Assembly: GCA_964482715.1 (NCBI GenBank)
Contig: CAYZYX010000019.1
Span: 1 to 35,887 of the forward strand
Direction of reading: 5' to 3'
Source: an uncultured Clostridia bacterium
GTDB lineage: Bacteria > Aerophobota > Aerophobia > Aerophobales > B3-G15
Length of the DNA stretch: 35,887 nt
Numbering within the stretch: position 1 is the first letter of the stretch; the number at the start of each line of letters is the position of its first letter. The notes under the pieces are model-generated. The model was not told where the DNA came from. It saw only the letters and a list, made by a program, of their open reading frames with translations, and did no database searches. A program made the translations under genes and the position numbers. Shown piece by piece: positions 17,567-26,522 of the stretch.

Positions 17567-17608
17567 CAGTTAGGTATGCAGGAATTAAAATCCGGGGGTT
17601 AGGTTGGT

Positions 17609-18481
17609 ATGAAGCAGATAACTAAAGCTGTTATCCCTGCTGCTGGATTTGGAACGCGTCTTTTGCCACTCACTAAAGCTCAGCCAAAAGAGCTTTTGCC
17701 GGTGGTGGACAAGCCTGCAATACAGTATATTGTTGAAGAGATGGTAGCATCAGGAATTAGAACAATTATTATAGTCACAACCGGTGATAAATCCGCTATA
17801 GAGGATCATTTTGATATTAACCCTCATCTTGAAGAATATTTGGAAAGGAATGGAAAAATAGAACTTCTTGCTATGATTAGAAGGATCTCGCAGATGGCTG
17901 ATTTTATTTTTATCCGTCAGAAAGGACCCTATGGAAACGGAACCCCTGTTTTAAATGCTCGAGTAGCAATAGGAGATGAGCCCTTTGCCGTGATCTGGGG
18001 AGATGATATTGTGGAAGGTGCAAAACCAAGACTGAAGCAGTTAATAGAAGTTTATTATCGTTATGAGAGTCCAGTTTTAACCGCTTATCCGGTTGACGAT
18101 GAGGGAACAAAAAAATACGGTATTATTGAGGGAGAGGAGATTGAACCGGGTGTTTTTCGGGTGAGAGATATAGTAGAAAAACCAGGTCCGGAAAAAACTT
18201 CTTCACGTATTGCTTCTATCGGTGGTTATATTTTGACTCCAGATATATTTCAAGCTTTAGAGAAAACCCCTCTGGGAAAAAACAACGAACTGTGGTTGGT
18301 AGATGCCATATTCAATTTGGCAAAAAGAAGACCTGTTTATGCCTGCATGATAAAAGGCGTTCACTATGATATAGGTTCCCGGATTGGATGGTTAAAAACT
18401 AATATAGAGCTTGGACTTAAAAATAAAGAAATTTCGGTTGAGCTTAGAAATTATTTGAAGGAAATTGTAAACAAGATTTAA
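17609..18481 (+). CDS. galU: UTP--glucose-1-phosphate uridylyltransferase
   Basis: KAVIPAAGFGTRLLPLTKAQPKELLPVVDKP, IEDHFD, GDEPFAV, GDD, VEKP. Confidence 0.92.
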   Translation: MKQITKAVIPAAGFGTRLLPLTKAQPKELLPVVDKPAIQYIVEEMVASGIRTIIIVTTGDKSAIEDHFDINPHLEEYLERNGKIELLAMIRRISQMADFIFIRQKGPYGNGTPVLNARVAIGDEPFAVIWGDDIVEGAKPRLKQLIEVYYRYESPVLTAYPVDDEGTKKYGIIEGEEIEPGVFRVRDIVEKPGPEKTSSRIASIGGYILTPDIFQALEKTPLGKNNELWLVDAIFNLAKRRPVYACMIKGVHYDIGSRIGWLKTNIELGLKNKEISVELRNYLKEIVNKI

Positions 18482-18502
18482 TGGTGCAACACAGAAAGAA
18501 CC

Positions 18503-19852
18503 ATGAAACATGTCTTTAATGGCAGGTTAAGAGAGGATGCTGCGAGGATTTTTTACGCAGGATTAAAAGCTGTAGATCCTGCCCTTGTGGTTAAAAAATA
18601 TGCAGAAAAGGAAGATGATAGATTAAGAATAGGGGATACTGTTTACTCTCTAAGTAAATTTAAAAGAATATTGGTTGTTGGTGCAGGGAAGGCTGCCTTT
18701 CCCATGGCTAAAGCTCTGGAAGATATCTTAGGAGAAAGGATCAGCGATGGGGTGGTTGTAGTTAAATATGGATATACAGGTTCTCTTGCCAGGATAAAAA
18801 TAAGAGAAGCTTCCCATCCCATTCCTGATAAAGCAGGTATTAAGGCAACTTTCGAGATAATGCATCTTCTTCAAAGTGCAACCCAAGAAGATCTTGTAAT
18901 CTGTTTAATCTCGGGTGGGGGTTCTTCCCTTCTTGTTGCTCCGGTGGAGGAAATATCTCTTGAAGAGAAAAAAGAGGTCACCAGAGTGCTTCTTGAGTGC
19001 GGAGCATCAATTGAAGAAATAAATACTATAAGAAAACACCTCTCTCTTATAAAAGGTGGAAGAATGGCAAAACTGGCCTATCCTGCCCATCTTCATAGTC
19101 TTGTTCTTTCCGACGTGATCGGAGACAGGTTAGATACCATTGCTTCTGGACCTACGGTTCCCGATGAAACCACATTTAAAGATTGCTGGAAAGTAATAGA
19201 GAAATACAGAATAGAAGACCGTCTACCAGAAAAAGTTTTGACTTATCTTAAGAGAGGAGCAAAAGGGGATGTTGAAGAGACTCCTAAACCAGGAAGAGAA
19301 TTCTTTAAAAAAGTGAAAAATTTGATCGTGGGAAGTAACATTTTGGCTTTAACAACTGCTCAAAAGGAAGCCCAGAGACTTGGATATAATTCTCTTATTC
19401 TTTCCTCTTCTATTCAGGGAGAGACCAGAGAAGTAGCAAAGGTTCACAGTGCTATCTGCCAGGAAATTTCCTTCTCGGGAAATCCTGTCCCTCCACCTGC
19501 CTGTATCCTATCTGGTGGGGAAACTACGGTTACCATTAAAGGAAAAGGTAAAGGCGGTAGAAATCAAGAGTTTGCCCTGGCTGCAAGTTTTGGGATAAAA
19601 GGCCTTAGGGGAGTTTTAGTGCTGAGTGCTGGAACAGATGGAACAGATGGACCTACTGATGCTGCAGGGGCTTTTGCAGATGGTTCAACGCTTAGACGAG
19701 CCAAAGAAAAAGGCATAAATGCCGAGGAACATTTAAAAAATAACGATTCTTACCATTTTTTTGAAAAGTTAGGAGACCTTTTTATTACAGGGCCAACAAA
19801 CACAAATGTAATGGATATAAGGATTATGCTTGTTGTAACTAAAGAAAGGTAA
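18503..19852 (+). CDS. Glycerate 2-kinase, class II (MOFRL/TtuD/GckA family)
   Basis: VGAGKAA, ASHPIPD, LISGGGSSL, IRKHLSLIKGG, SDVIGD, IASGPT, SGGETTV, GGRNQE, GTDGTDG, TGPTNTNVMD. Confidence 0.94.
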   Translation: MKHVFNGRLREDAARIFYAGLKAVDPALVVKKYAEKEDDRLRIGDTVYSLSKFKRILVVGAGKAAFPMAKALEDILGERISDGVVVVKYGYTGSLARIKIREASHPIPDKAGIKATFEIMHLLQSATQEDLVICLISGGGSSLLVAPVEEISLEEKKEVTRVLLECGASIEEINTIRKHLSLIKGGRMAKLAYPAHLHSLVLSDVIGDRLDTIASGPTVPDETTFKDCWKVIEKYRIEDRLPEKVLTYLKRGAKGDVEETPKPGREFFKKVKNLIVGSNILALTTAQKEAQRLGYNSLILSSSIQGETREVAKVHSAICQEISFSGNPVPPPACILSGGETTVTIKGKGKGGRNQEFALAASFGIKGLRGVLVLSAGTDGTDGPTDAAGAFADGSTLRRAKEKGINAEEHLKNNDSYHFFEKLGDLFITGPTNTNVMDIRIMLVVTKER

Positions 19853-19857
19853 AAAAT

Positions 19858-20766
19858 TCAAGTCTGGATTTTTCCACCCGGAACTTCAGTCTGTCGCAAA
19901 ATAATGTAACATCCAGGAATTAAAATAATACCCCCAACTACCTGCCAGAGGGTCATTTTTTCTCCAAGTAGCAAAAAGGAAAAAAAGGCACTCACAAAAG
20001 AGGTAAGTAACATTGCATTGTTGGTAAGGGTTGCTCCTATTTTCTTAAGCAAAAAATAGTATAGTGCACCTCCCGCACCGACCAAAAAAGAACCAGATAA
20101 AAATAAAATAAGATTGACCAGAGGAGGAGTTTGAATTATTTTATGAAGATAGGGGAGGGCAGGAAAAAAGAGAAATCCTGACGCAATAATAGTTACAAAA
20201 CCCATAGCAAGTGATGGAGTTATTTTTATTTCTTTTAGCAGTTTTTTCATCTGGATGGTGTAAAGAGCCCAAAAAAAGTTAGAGATGATTATAAGAAAAG
20301 ACCCAAGAGAAAAAGTTATATTTTCCTTTCCTAAGGTGATAACTGTTGCACCTGCAAAGGTGAGGGAAAATCCCGTTGCAAAACCTGCCTTTTTGATAAT
20401 TTTTCTTTCCTCCGGTAGGATCATCCAGGCCACGAGCACCACAAAAGCAACTCCTAATTTGGAAAGAAAACTTGCCGTGTTAGCTTGAGAAAAGCTGATT
20501 CCATAGACAAAAATTGTCTGAAACACGGATAAAAGACAGGCAGGCAAGATAAAGTATTTGAATTTTTTGATGCAAATCTTAATTTCTCTGCGGAAAATGA
20601 AAAAGCTGAAGAAAATGAGAAAAATAGCAGCTCCCAGGTAGCGGTAAAAATTCTGGGCCTGAGGTGGAAAATAATAATCCAGATACTTAATTATAATAGG
20701 AGGAAAACTCCACACCAGAAGCAAGACTGCAAGAGCCCCGTTAACCCCCTTTTTCTGATTAAGCAT
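19858..20766 (-). CDS. DMT/EamA-family transporter
   Basis: About ten hydrophobic helices in two repeats; LPEER and LLGEK motifs. Confidence 0.9.
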   Translation of the reverse strand: MLNQKKGVNGALAVLLLVWSFPPIIIKYLDYYFPPQAQNFYRYLGAAIFLIFFSFFIFRREIKICIKKFKYFILPACLLSVFQTIFVYGISFSQANTASFLSKLGVAFVVLVAWMILPEERKIIKKAGFATGFSLTFAGATVITLGKENITFSLGSFLIIISNFFWALYTIQMKKLLKEIKITPSLAMGFVTIIASGFLFFPALPYLHKIIQTPPLVNLILFLSGSFLVGAGGALYYFLLKKIGATLTNNAMLLTSFVSAFFSFLLLGEKMTLWQVVGGIILIPGCYIILRQTEVPGGKIQT

Positions 20767-20774
20767 AGGATTAA

Positions 20775-20802
20775 ATTATATTTACAATCCGTACCGGGTC
20801 AA
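20775..20802 (-). promoter_or_regulatory. Promoter of the EamA gene (leaderless geometry)
   Basis: Minus strand: TTGACC, 16 bp, TATAAT; only 8 nt separate the -10 box from the ATG. Confidence 0.7.
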
Positions 20803-20826
20803 ATGGTGGTTCTGGAAATTTGGGAT

Positions 20827-20855
20827 TTGACAAAATTTTACTTTGAGGGTATAAT
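20827..20855 (+). promoter_or_regulatory. Promoter of the IclR-TRAP operon
   Basis: TTGACA, 17 bp, TATAAT; perfect consensus. Confidence 0.85.
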
Positions 20856-20867
20856 AAAACAGAACTT

Positions 20868-20886
20868 TGTTCTATATTATCGAACA
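20868..20886. promoter_or_regulatory. Candidate IclR operator
   Basis: Inverted repeat TGTTCTATATTATCGAACA directly between the promoter and ATG 20887. Confidence 0.65.
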
Positions 20887-21657
20887 ATGAAGTCCATCAG
20901 GAAAGCTATAAAAATACTGGAAATTCTCTCTCAAAACGAGGAGGGGGTGAGAGTAACCCAGCTAAGTAGAAGTATGAACCTTCCAAAAAGTAGTATCCAT
21001 CAAATACTTTCCACTCTTAAAGAAGCAAGATTCGTAGAACAAGACTCTGAAAGCAAAAGATATCGTTTAGGACTTAGAATATTTGAGCTGGGCAATATTT
21101 TCCAATCTCAGCTTGAAATCAGAAAAATTGCTCATCCTTACCTTTATAATCTCAGTAAAAAGATAAATGAAACCGCTTATCTTGTTCTTTTGGAAGACGA
21201 CACAATAGTGTATGTAGACTGTGTGGAATCAACGGCAAGGCTTCGTGCACACCCTATTTTCGGGATAAAAGTTCCCCTTCATTGTACAAGTTTGGGTAAA
21301 GCTATTATGGCTTTTTTGCCAGAGGAAAAAATTGACGAGATAATAAGTAAAGGGCTTGAGCGATTCACTAAAAACACAATTACTGACCCCGGGAAGTTAA
21401 AAGAAGAGCTTAAAAAGATAAAAAATAAAGGATACGCTATTGACAACATGGAGCATGAGGAAGGTATCAAATGTGTGGGAGCACCTATAAGAAATCACAG
21501 GGGCGAGGTTTTTGCAGCTATTAGTCTCTCAGGTCCCTCTCAAAGATTTACTCCTGAGAGGATCAGAGAGATGGCACCTCTTGTTATGCAGGCGGCCAAC
21601 GAGATTTCGTTCAAGCTTGGGTACAGAGATCCCGGTGAAATTAAGGAGAGGAGGTGA
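20887..21657 (+). CDS. IclR-family transcriptional regulator
   Basis: SIRKAIKILE...LPKSSIHQIL...YRLG HTH, then ETAYL, PLHCTSLGKA, GYAIDNMEH, CVGAPI. The track's 20803 start lies upstream of the promoter, so ATG 20887 is used. Confidence 0.94.
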   Translation: MKSIRKAIKILEILSQNEEGVRVTQLSRSMNLPKSSIHQILSTLKEARFVEQDSESKRYRLGLRIFELGNIFQSQLEIRKIAHPYLYNLSKKINETAYLVLLEDDTIVYVDCVESTARLRAHPIFGIKVPLHCTSLGKAIMAFLPEEKIDEIISKGLERFTKNTITDPGKLKEELKKIKNKGYAIDNMEHEEGIKCVGAPIRNHRGEVFAAISLSGPSQRFTPERIREMAPLVMQAANEISFKLGYRDPGEIKERR

Positions 21658-21716
21658 TTGTAGAAATTTTACATTTTGACCAAAGTTTGAGCAAAAATTT
21701 GTAAGGAGGGTTAAAA

Positions 21717-22739
21717 ATGTTTCCTGGTAAAAAAAAGCTATTAATAGCAGGCTTATTGTTAGTTATTTGTTTTTTAAGTGGCTCAACTTTTGCCGGAGAA
21801 AAAACCTATACTCTTCGTTTTAATACGGTAGGAGCTCCCAAACAGCCAGTTACTCTTGCTATGTATAAATTTGCTGAGATAGTAGAGAAGTTAAGTGGCG
21901 GTAAAATAACAGTTAAAGTTTTTCATTCCGGTCAATTAGGAAATCAGAAAACTGGCCCCTTATCTGTTGCAAGAGGTTCTTTAGAAATGGCCGTCTGTAG
22001 TCCTTCATGGATGGCGGATCTTTTTGACTATCCAGAGGTAGGTGTGCTTGAGGCTGCTTATCTATATAGAAATTTAGATCATGCTTATATGATATTAAAT
22101 GGTCCTGTGGGTAAAAAATTCTGGGATCATCTGGCCAAAAATGCAGGAATCAGGGTTTTGGATTCCTGGCTTCTTGGGACCCGTGAGCTTAATTTAACCA
22201 AAAAGACCGGTCCAGTTCGTCGTCCTGAAGATTTAAAAGGTATTAAACTTAGAATGCCCAATGTTGAGGCCTGGCTGGATGTTGGAAGGGCCCTGGGAGC
22301 AAATCCTACTCCTCTGGGATTTGGAGAAGTTTATATGGCTCTTAAAACGGGGACCATAGATGGTCAGGATAATCCTCTTCCAACTGATGAAGCAGCTAAA
22401 TTTTATGAGGTTACTCACTATATTGTACTTACTGATCATATAATTGGTTTCGTTCAGCCCATAATAAATGAGAAGTTATGGCAGGATATGCCAGAAAAAT
22501 ACCGAATGTGGATTGAGAAAGCTATCACGGCAGCCAGATTTTATTGCGACAGTCTGGTACTCGAGCAGGAGGCAACTTTGCTTGCTAAGTTTGAAAAAGA
22601 ATATGGAATGGAAATAATTATCCCCGACAAAGAAGCTTTTCGAGAACATGCAAGGAAGTTTTACAGCCAACCTAAATTTGAGAAGAAGTGGGGAAAGGGA
22701 ATGTACGAGAAAATACAATCGATGTATATTGGTGAGTAA
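21717..22739 (+). CDS. dctP: TRAP transporter substrate-binding protein
   Basis: Signal peptide ending TFA, GQLG, GTRE, DLKGIKLRMP (carboxylate-binding Arg), EVYMALKTGTIDGQDNP. Confidence 0.94.
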   Translation: MFPGKKKLLIAGLLLVICFLSGSTFAGEKTYTLRFNTVGAPKQPVTLAMYKFAEIVEKLSGGKITVKVFHSGQLGNQKTGPLSVARGSLEMAVCSPSWMADLFDYPEVGVLEAAYLYRNLDHAYMILNGPVGKKFWDHLAKNAGIRVLDSWLLGTRELNLTKKTGPVRRPEDLKGIKLRMPNVEAWLDVGRALGANPTPLGFGEVYMALKTGTIDGQDNPLPTDEAAKFYEVTHYIVLTDHIIGFVQPIINEKLWQDMPEKYRMWIEKAITAARFYCDSLVLEQEATLLAKFEKEYGMEIIIPDKEAFREHARKFYSQPKFEKKWGKGMYEKIQSMYIGE

Positions 22740-22747
22740 ACTAAGAT

Positions 22748-22782
22748 CCCTGAGAGAATAAGGTCTTTTTATTCTCTCAGGG
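22748..22782 (+). terminator. Strong hairpin after dctP (partial terminator or mRNA stabiliser)
   Basis: Perfect 14-bp stem CCCTGAGAGAATAA/TTATTCTCTCAGGG, 7-nt loop, weak T-tail (CTTTGTAT). Confidence 0.75.
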
Positions 22783-22816
22783 CTTTGTATCGATTATTCT
22801 TGTAAATTTTGCATAT

Positions 22817-23329
22817 ATGAGAAGAATAATCAGAAAGATAATAGATTTTCTGGAGATTCACCTTCCTGTCTTTATAATTTTGGTTCTAATTTTTTCTGTA
22901 GTGATTCAAGTCTTTGCAAGATATCTTTTGAACCTTCCCTTACCTCGCGTATTCGAAATCTCTATATACAGTTTTGTGTGGGCTATTTATTTAGGGGGAG
23001 CTCTTGCCAAGCGTTATAGAATGCATATGCGTTTTAATATTATTTACAGGAAACTCCCTCGCAAGGCACAACTTATCAGTGATATAATTTTTGAAATTAT
23101 TACAAGCGTAATCCTTGTAATAATTCTTGTCCCCAGTGTTCAGTACACTTTATGTAATTACAAGATAAAGTCTTCAGCTTTACGTATACCCTGGACTTAT
23201 TTACTTTTGTGTTTCCCTATTTTTATTTCTCTTGTTTTAATTCACAATGTTTTTTGGATTTATGTTTACATACAGGAACTTAAAGGAAACAAGATTCCTT
23301 TAAAAGAGGAGACTCTGCCATGGGAGTGA
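22817..23329 (+). CDS. dctQ: TRAP transporter small permease
   Basis: Four TM helices, QVFARY, EISIYSFVW, HMR; lies between dctP and dctM. Confidence 0.92.
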   Translation: MRRIIRKIIDFLEIHLPVFIILVLIFSVVIQVFARYLLNLPLPRVFEISIYSFVWAIYLGGALAKRYRMHMRFNIIYRKLPRKAQLISDIIFEIITSVILVIILVPSVQYTLCNYKIKSSALRIPWTYLLLCFPIFISLVLIHNVFWIYVYIQELKGNKIPLKEETLPWE

Positions 23330-24612
23330 TTGTCTGGCTAATTGCTTTTGTTGCATTTTTTGCTATGGGATATCCGGTTGCTTTTGGTATGTTTATAAGC
23401 TCAACCTTTTATTTACTTATTTCTGGATTAGATCTATCCATTTTAATGGATGAGATGGTGATAAAATTTGAAAACATGTTTGTTCTTCTCGCCGTTCCAC
23501 TTTTTATTTTTACTGCCAAAGTGATGAATGCGGGTAAAATAACCGATCGAGTCTTTGATTTTGCTAAAACTATAATCGGTCCTCTTAAAGGTGGACTGGG
23601 CCATGTAAATATTGTGGCAAGTATTATATTTGCCGGGATGACCGGGTCGGAAATAGCTGATGTTGCTGGTATTGGAGCCATTGAAATTAAAGCGATGAAA
23701 GATGCAGGTTATGATGGACCTTTCAGCTGCGCTGTTACCTGTGCTTCAGCCACAATAGGGCCCATTATTCCTCCCAGTATCCCTATGGTGCTTTATTCTA
23801 TGCTTTCGGGTGCATCCTTAGGTTATCTTTTTTTAGGGGGATTCATTCCAGGTTTAATTCTCGGTGGAGTCCTGATGATATTAGTTTATATTCTTTCAGT
23901 TAAAAGGAACTATCCCTCTGGAGAAAAAGTAAGCTTTAGAGATTTTATAAGGAGTTTTGGTAAGTCTTTTTTTGCTTTGATGGCTCCTGTTATTCTTTTA
24001 GGGGGAATATATGGGGGTATTTTTACTGCTACCGAAGCAGCTGGTATAGTGAGTGTGTACGCATTAATACTCTGTCTTATTGTTTATCGAACGATTGGAT
24101 TAAAGGCCTTATATAAAATTCTTGTAGATACAGCAGTAACCACGGGTTATGTGAGCATCCTAGTACCTGCATCTTTTATATTTGGGTATGTGGTGGCAAG
24201 AGAAGAAATTCCGGCAGTTGTTACCAGTACTTTTATAAATCTTGGATTAATGGCTAATAAATGGACGGTTCTTCTCGCTCTTAATGGTCTGTTTCTGATT
24301 CTCGGTTGCTTCATAAGTGTTTCTCCTATCTTACTGATAATTGTTCCTATTGTTTTGCCTCTGGTTGAGGCGGCTGGAATTGACCTTGTGCATTTTGGAG
24401 TAGTAGCAGTTTTTAATCTTATGATTGCTCTGGATACACCTCCTTACGGTCCTACTTTATTTATTACAAGTGCAATGAGTAAGACACCTCTTCCTGATGT
24501 GATGAAAGAAATGCTGATATTTATAGCTTTTGAAATAATAGCCCTCATGATTGTTACTTTTATACCCGAAACTGTACTCTGGCTTCCACGCTTGGCGGGA
24601 TACCAGGGTTGA
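23320..24612 (+). CDS. dctM: TRAP transporter large permease
   Basis: LLAVPLFI, GGLGHVNI, GPIIPPSIP, FTATEA, GIDLVHFG, TPPYG. Confidence 0.95.
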   Translation: MGVIVWLIAFVAFFAMGYPVAFGMFISSTFYLLISGLDLSILMDEMVIKFENMFVLLAVPLFIFTAKVMNAGKITDRVFDFAKTIIGPLKGGLGHVNIVASIIFAGMTGSEIADVAGIGAIEIKAMKDAGYDGPFSCAVTCASATIGPIIPPSIPMVLYSMLSGASLGYLFLGGFIPGLILGGVLMILVYILSVKRNYPSGEKVSFRDFIRSFGKSFFALMAPVILLGGIYGGIFTATEAAGIVSVYALILCLIVYRTIGLKALYKILVDTAVTTGYVSILVPASFIFGYVVAREEIPAVVTSTFINLGLMANKWTVLLALNGLFLILGCFISVSPILLIIVPIVLPLVEAAGIDLVHFGVVAVFNLMIALDTPPYGPTLFITSAMSKTPLPDVMKEMLIFIAFEIIALMIVTFIPETVLWLPRLAGYQG

Positions 24613-24633
24613 TCACTAAAATGGAGAAAATAT

Positions 24634-25554
24634 GTGGAAGAAAAAGAGACCCTCAGATTACAGGGAGTGGCGGTAGTAGCAATTACTCCTTTCAGCTCCA
24701 ATTTTAAGGTGGAGGAAAAAGAACTCAGGCTTCATACCCGTTTTTTAATAAAAAGTGGTATCAGTATTCTTATCTCTGGAGCTTCTGTAGGAGAGTGCTA
24801 TGCACTTACAGTGGAGGAAAGGAAAAGAATAATGGATATAGTCGCGGATGAGGCTTCTCCTTTTCCATTTGTTGTTTGTGTGAATCATACCGACGAAAGA
24901 ATCATCTTTGAGTTAAGTGATTATGCTTCAAAGGTGGGGGCTTACGGAATAATGATTATGCCTCCTTATTATAGAAAGCTTTCAGATAGAGAAGTTTTTA
25001 ACTTTTATAGAAAAATTTCTGAGAAAATCGACACTTATATTTTTCTATATAACCATCCTTTATTTAGCAAGGTAGACATGTCTGTAGAGTTACTTTCTTC
25101 TCTTGCTGATATGAAGAATGTTATTGCGCTTAAAGAATGCACTTTTGATCTCCCTAAGTTTGAAAGAGTAATGCGGATTTTAAGCAAAAAGATTTCTGTT
25201 TTTAATGGACAGGGTGAGAGAATGGAGCCTTATGCACACCTCATGGGAGCTCATGGTTTTATTTCAGCTATTTCAAATTTTCTACCCAGGGTTTCTCTTA
25301 AACTATACGAGGCCTCCGTTAAGAGTGACTTTAAAACCGCTCAGAAAATTCATGATCTTTTAATGCCTCTTTTTGACTTTATGTGCAGTCCAAAAAGACA
25401 GATCTTAAGTGTTATTAAAGAGGCTGTAAACATAGTGGGTTTCAAAGCAGGAAAGCCCCGGCCTCCTCTTGAACCCTTAACCAGAGATGAAAAAGATATG
25501 TTAGCTAAGCTTATTAAACAAATCGATACAAAAATAGATAAAGGAGGATTATGA
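24634..25554 (+). CDS. DHDPS/NAL-family class I lyase, divergent
   Basis: ITPF, GASVGE, PPYY, YNHP, ALKEC (Schiff-base lysine), PRPPL. GTG start after GGAG. Confidence 0.88.
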   Translation: MEEKETLRLQGVAVVAITPFSSNFKVEEKELRLHTRFLIKSGISILISGASVGECYALTVEERKRIMDIVADEASPFPFVVCVNHTDERIIFELSDYASKVGAYGIMIMPPYYRKLSDREVFNFYRKISEKIDTYIFLYNHPLFSKVDMSVELLSSLADMKNVIALKECTFDLPKFERVMRILSKKISVFNGQGERMEPYAHLMGAHGFISAISNFLPRVSLKLYEASVKSDFKTAQKIHDLLMPLFDFMCSPKRQILSVIKEAVNIVGFKAGKPRPPLEPLTRDEKDMLAKLIKQIDTKIDKGGL

Positions 25555-26447
25555 AATTGGTGAGCTGGGAAGGTGTGTTTGTTGCTATGGTAACGCCCAT
25601 GAAAAAAGGTGGAAAAGAGCTGGATCTTGAAGCTATGCGTTCTTACTGTGATTTTATCCTTGATAAGGGAGTGCAGGGCATATTCGTTGGAGGGACAACT
25701 GGTGAAGGACCACTTTTGTCTATGGACGAAAGAAAAAAACTCGCAGAAGTTGTGGTTGATCAGGTTAAAGGAAAAACTTTAATTATTATTCAAACAGGAT
25801 GTATTACCACTCTTGAAACCATTGAACTTACACTGCATGCTAAAAAGATTGGAGCGGATGCGGCAGGTGTATTGCTTCCCTATTTTTATAATTTAGATGA
25901 GGAAGCCATATTTGAACATTTTGTCAGGATAGCTGATGCTGTTCCAGAACTGCCTCTTTTTTTGTATAATATTCCCCAGTGTACCTGCAACAATTTGAGT
26001 TGTGGATTATTTGAAAGACTCCTTAATAAAATAGAAACTATTGTGGGAGTAAAAACGAGTAATCCGGATATTTTTCAAATTCAAGAATTTGTGCATATTT
26101 CTCAGGAGAGATGTTCCGTATTTCTGGGACATGATGGTTTGCTTCTTGCCGGATTATCAGCCGGAGCTAAGGGGATAGTTTCTGGGAATGCTTCCTGTTT
26201 TCCTGAACCTTTTGTAGAAATCTATCAAGCTTTCAAGCGAGGAGATCTTGAGAAGACTCGAAAAAGTCAACTATTTATCGATAAACTGAGGAATGCTCTG
26301 GGAAATGGAAGTCAAATTGCTTCCTTTAAAAGGGCTCTTGATTTCAGAGGTGTAAAGGTTGGTAGTGTCAGATCTCCTAATAGAGAGCTTTCTCAAGAAG
26401 AAGTATTGAAATTAAGAGATTCGTTAAGTAAATTGGGACTTGTATAG
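25551..26447 (+). CDS. DHDPS/NAL-family class I lyase (KDG aldolase/NanA-like)
   Basis: VTPM, GGTTGEG, PYFY, LYNIP, GVKTS. ATGA overlap with the previous gene. Confidence 0.9.
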   Translation: MKLVSWEGVFVAMVTPMKKGGKELDLEAMRSYCDFILDKGVQGIFVGGTTGEGPLLSMDERKKLAEVVVDQVKGKTLIIIQTGCITTLETIELTLHAKKIGADAAGVLLPYFYNLDEEAIFEHFVRIADAVPELPLFLYNIPQCTCNNLSCGLFERLLNKIETIVGVKTSNPDIFQIQEFVHISQERCSVFLGHDGLLLAGLSAGAKGIVSGNASCFPEPFVEIYQAFKRGDLEKTRKSQLFIDKLRNALGNGSQIASFKRALDFRGVKVGSVRSPNRELSQEEVLKLRDSLSKLGLV

Positions 26448-26471
26448 GATATCCTCAATTTTGACTGTTTT

Positions 26472-26499
26472 TTGACAAACAAAGATGGTTTGATATACT
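26472..26499 (+). promoter_or_regulatory. Promoter of the DUF3108-like gene
   Basis: TTGACA, 16 bp, TATACT with extended -10 TGn. Confidence 0.7.
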
Positions 26500-26522
26500 T
26501 TCCCAAAAATATTACCGTAATA

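Noticed and set aside
19631-19650. Tandem GGAACAGAT repeat
   Set aside because: It encodes the conserved GTDGTDG motif of MOFRL kinases.
20861-20873. LexA box
   Set aside because: GAAC-N3-GTTC has the wrong spacing for the Gram-positive GAAC-N4-GTTC box, and the context favours an IclR operator.
24634-26447. Calling the lyases dapA or nanA, the kinases xylB, or the aldolase deoC
   Set aside because: Family membership is clear but specificity is not; there is no lysine-biosynthesis or nan context and several motifs deviate.
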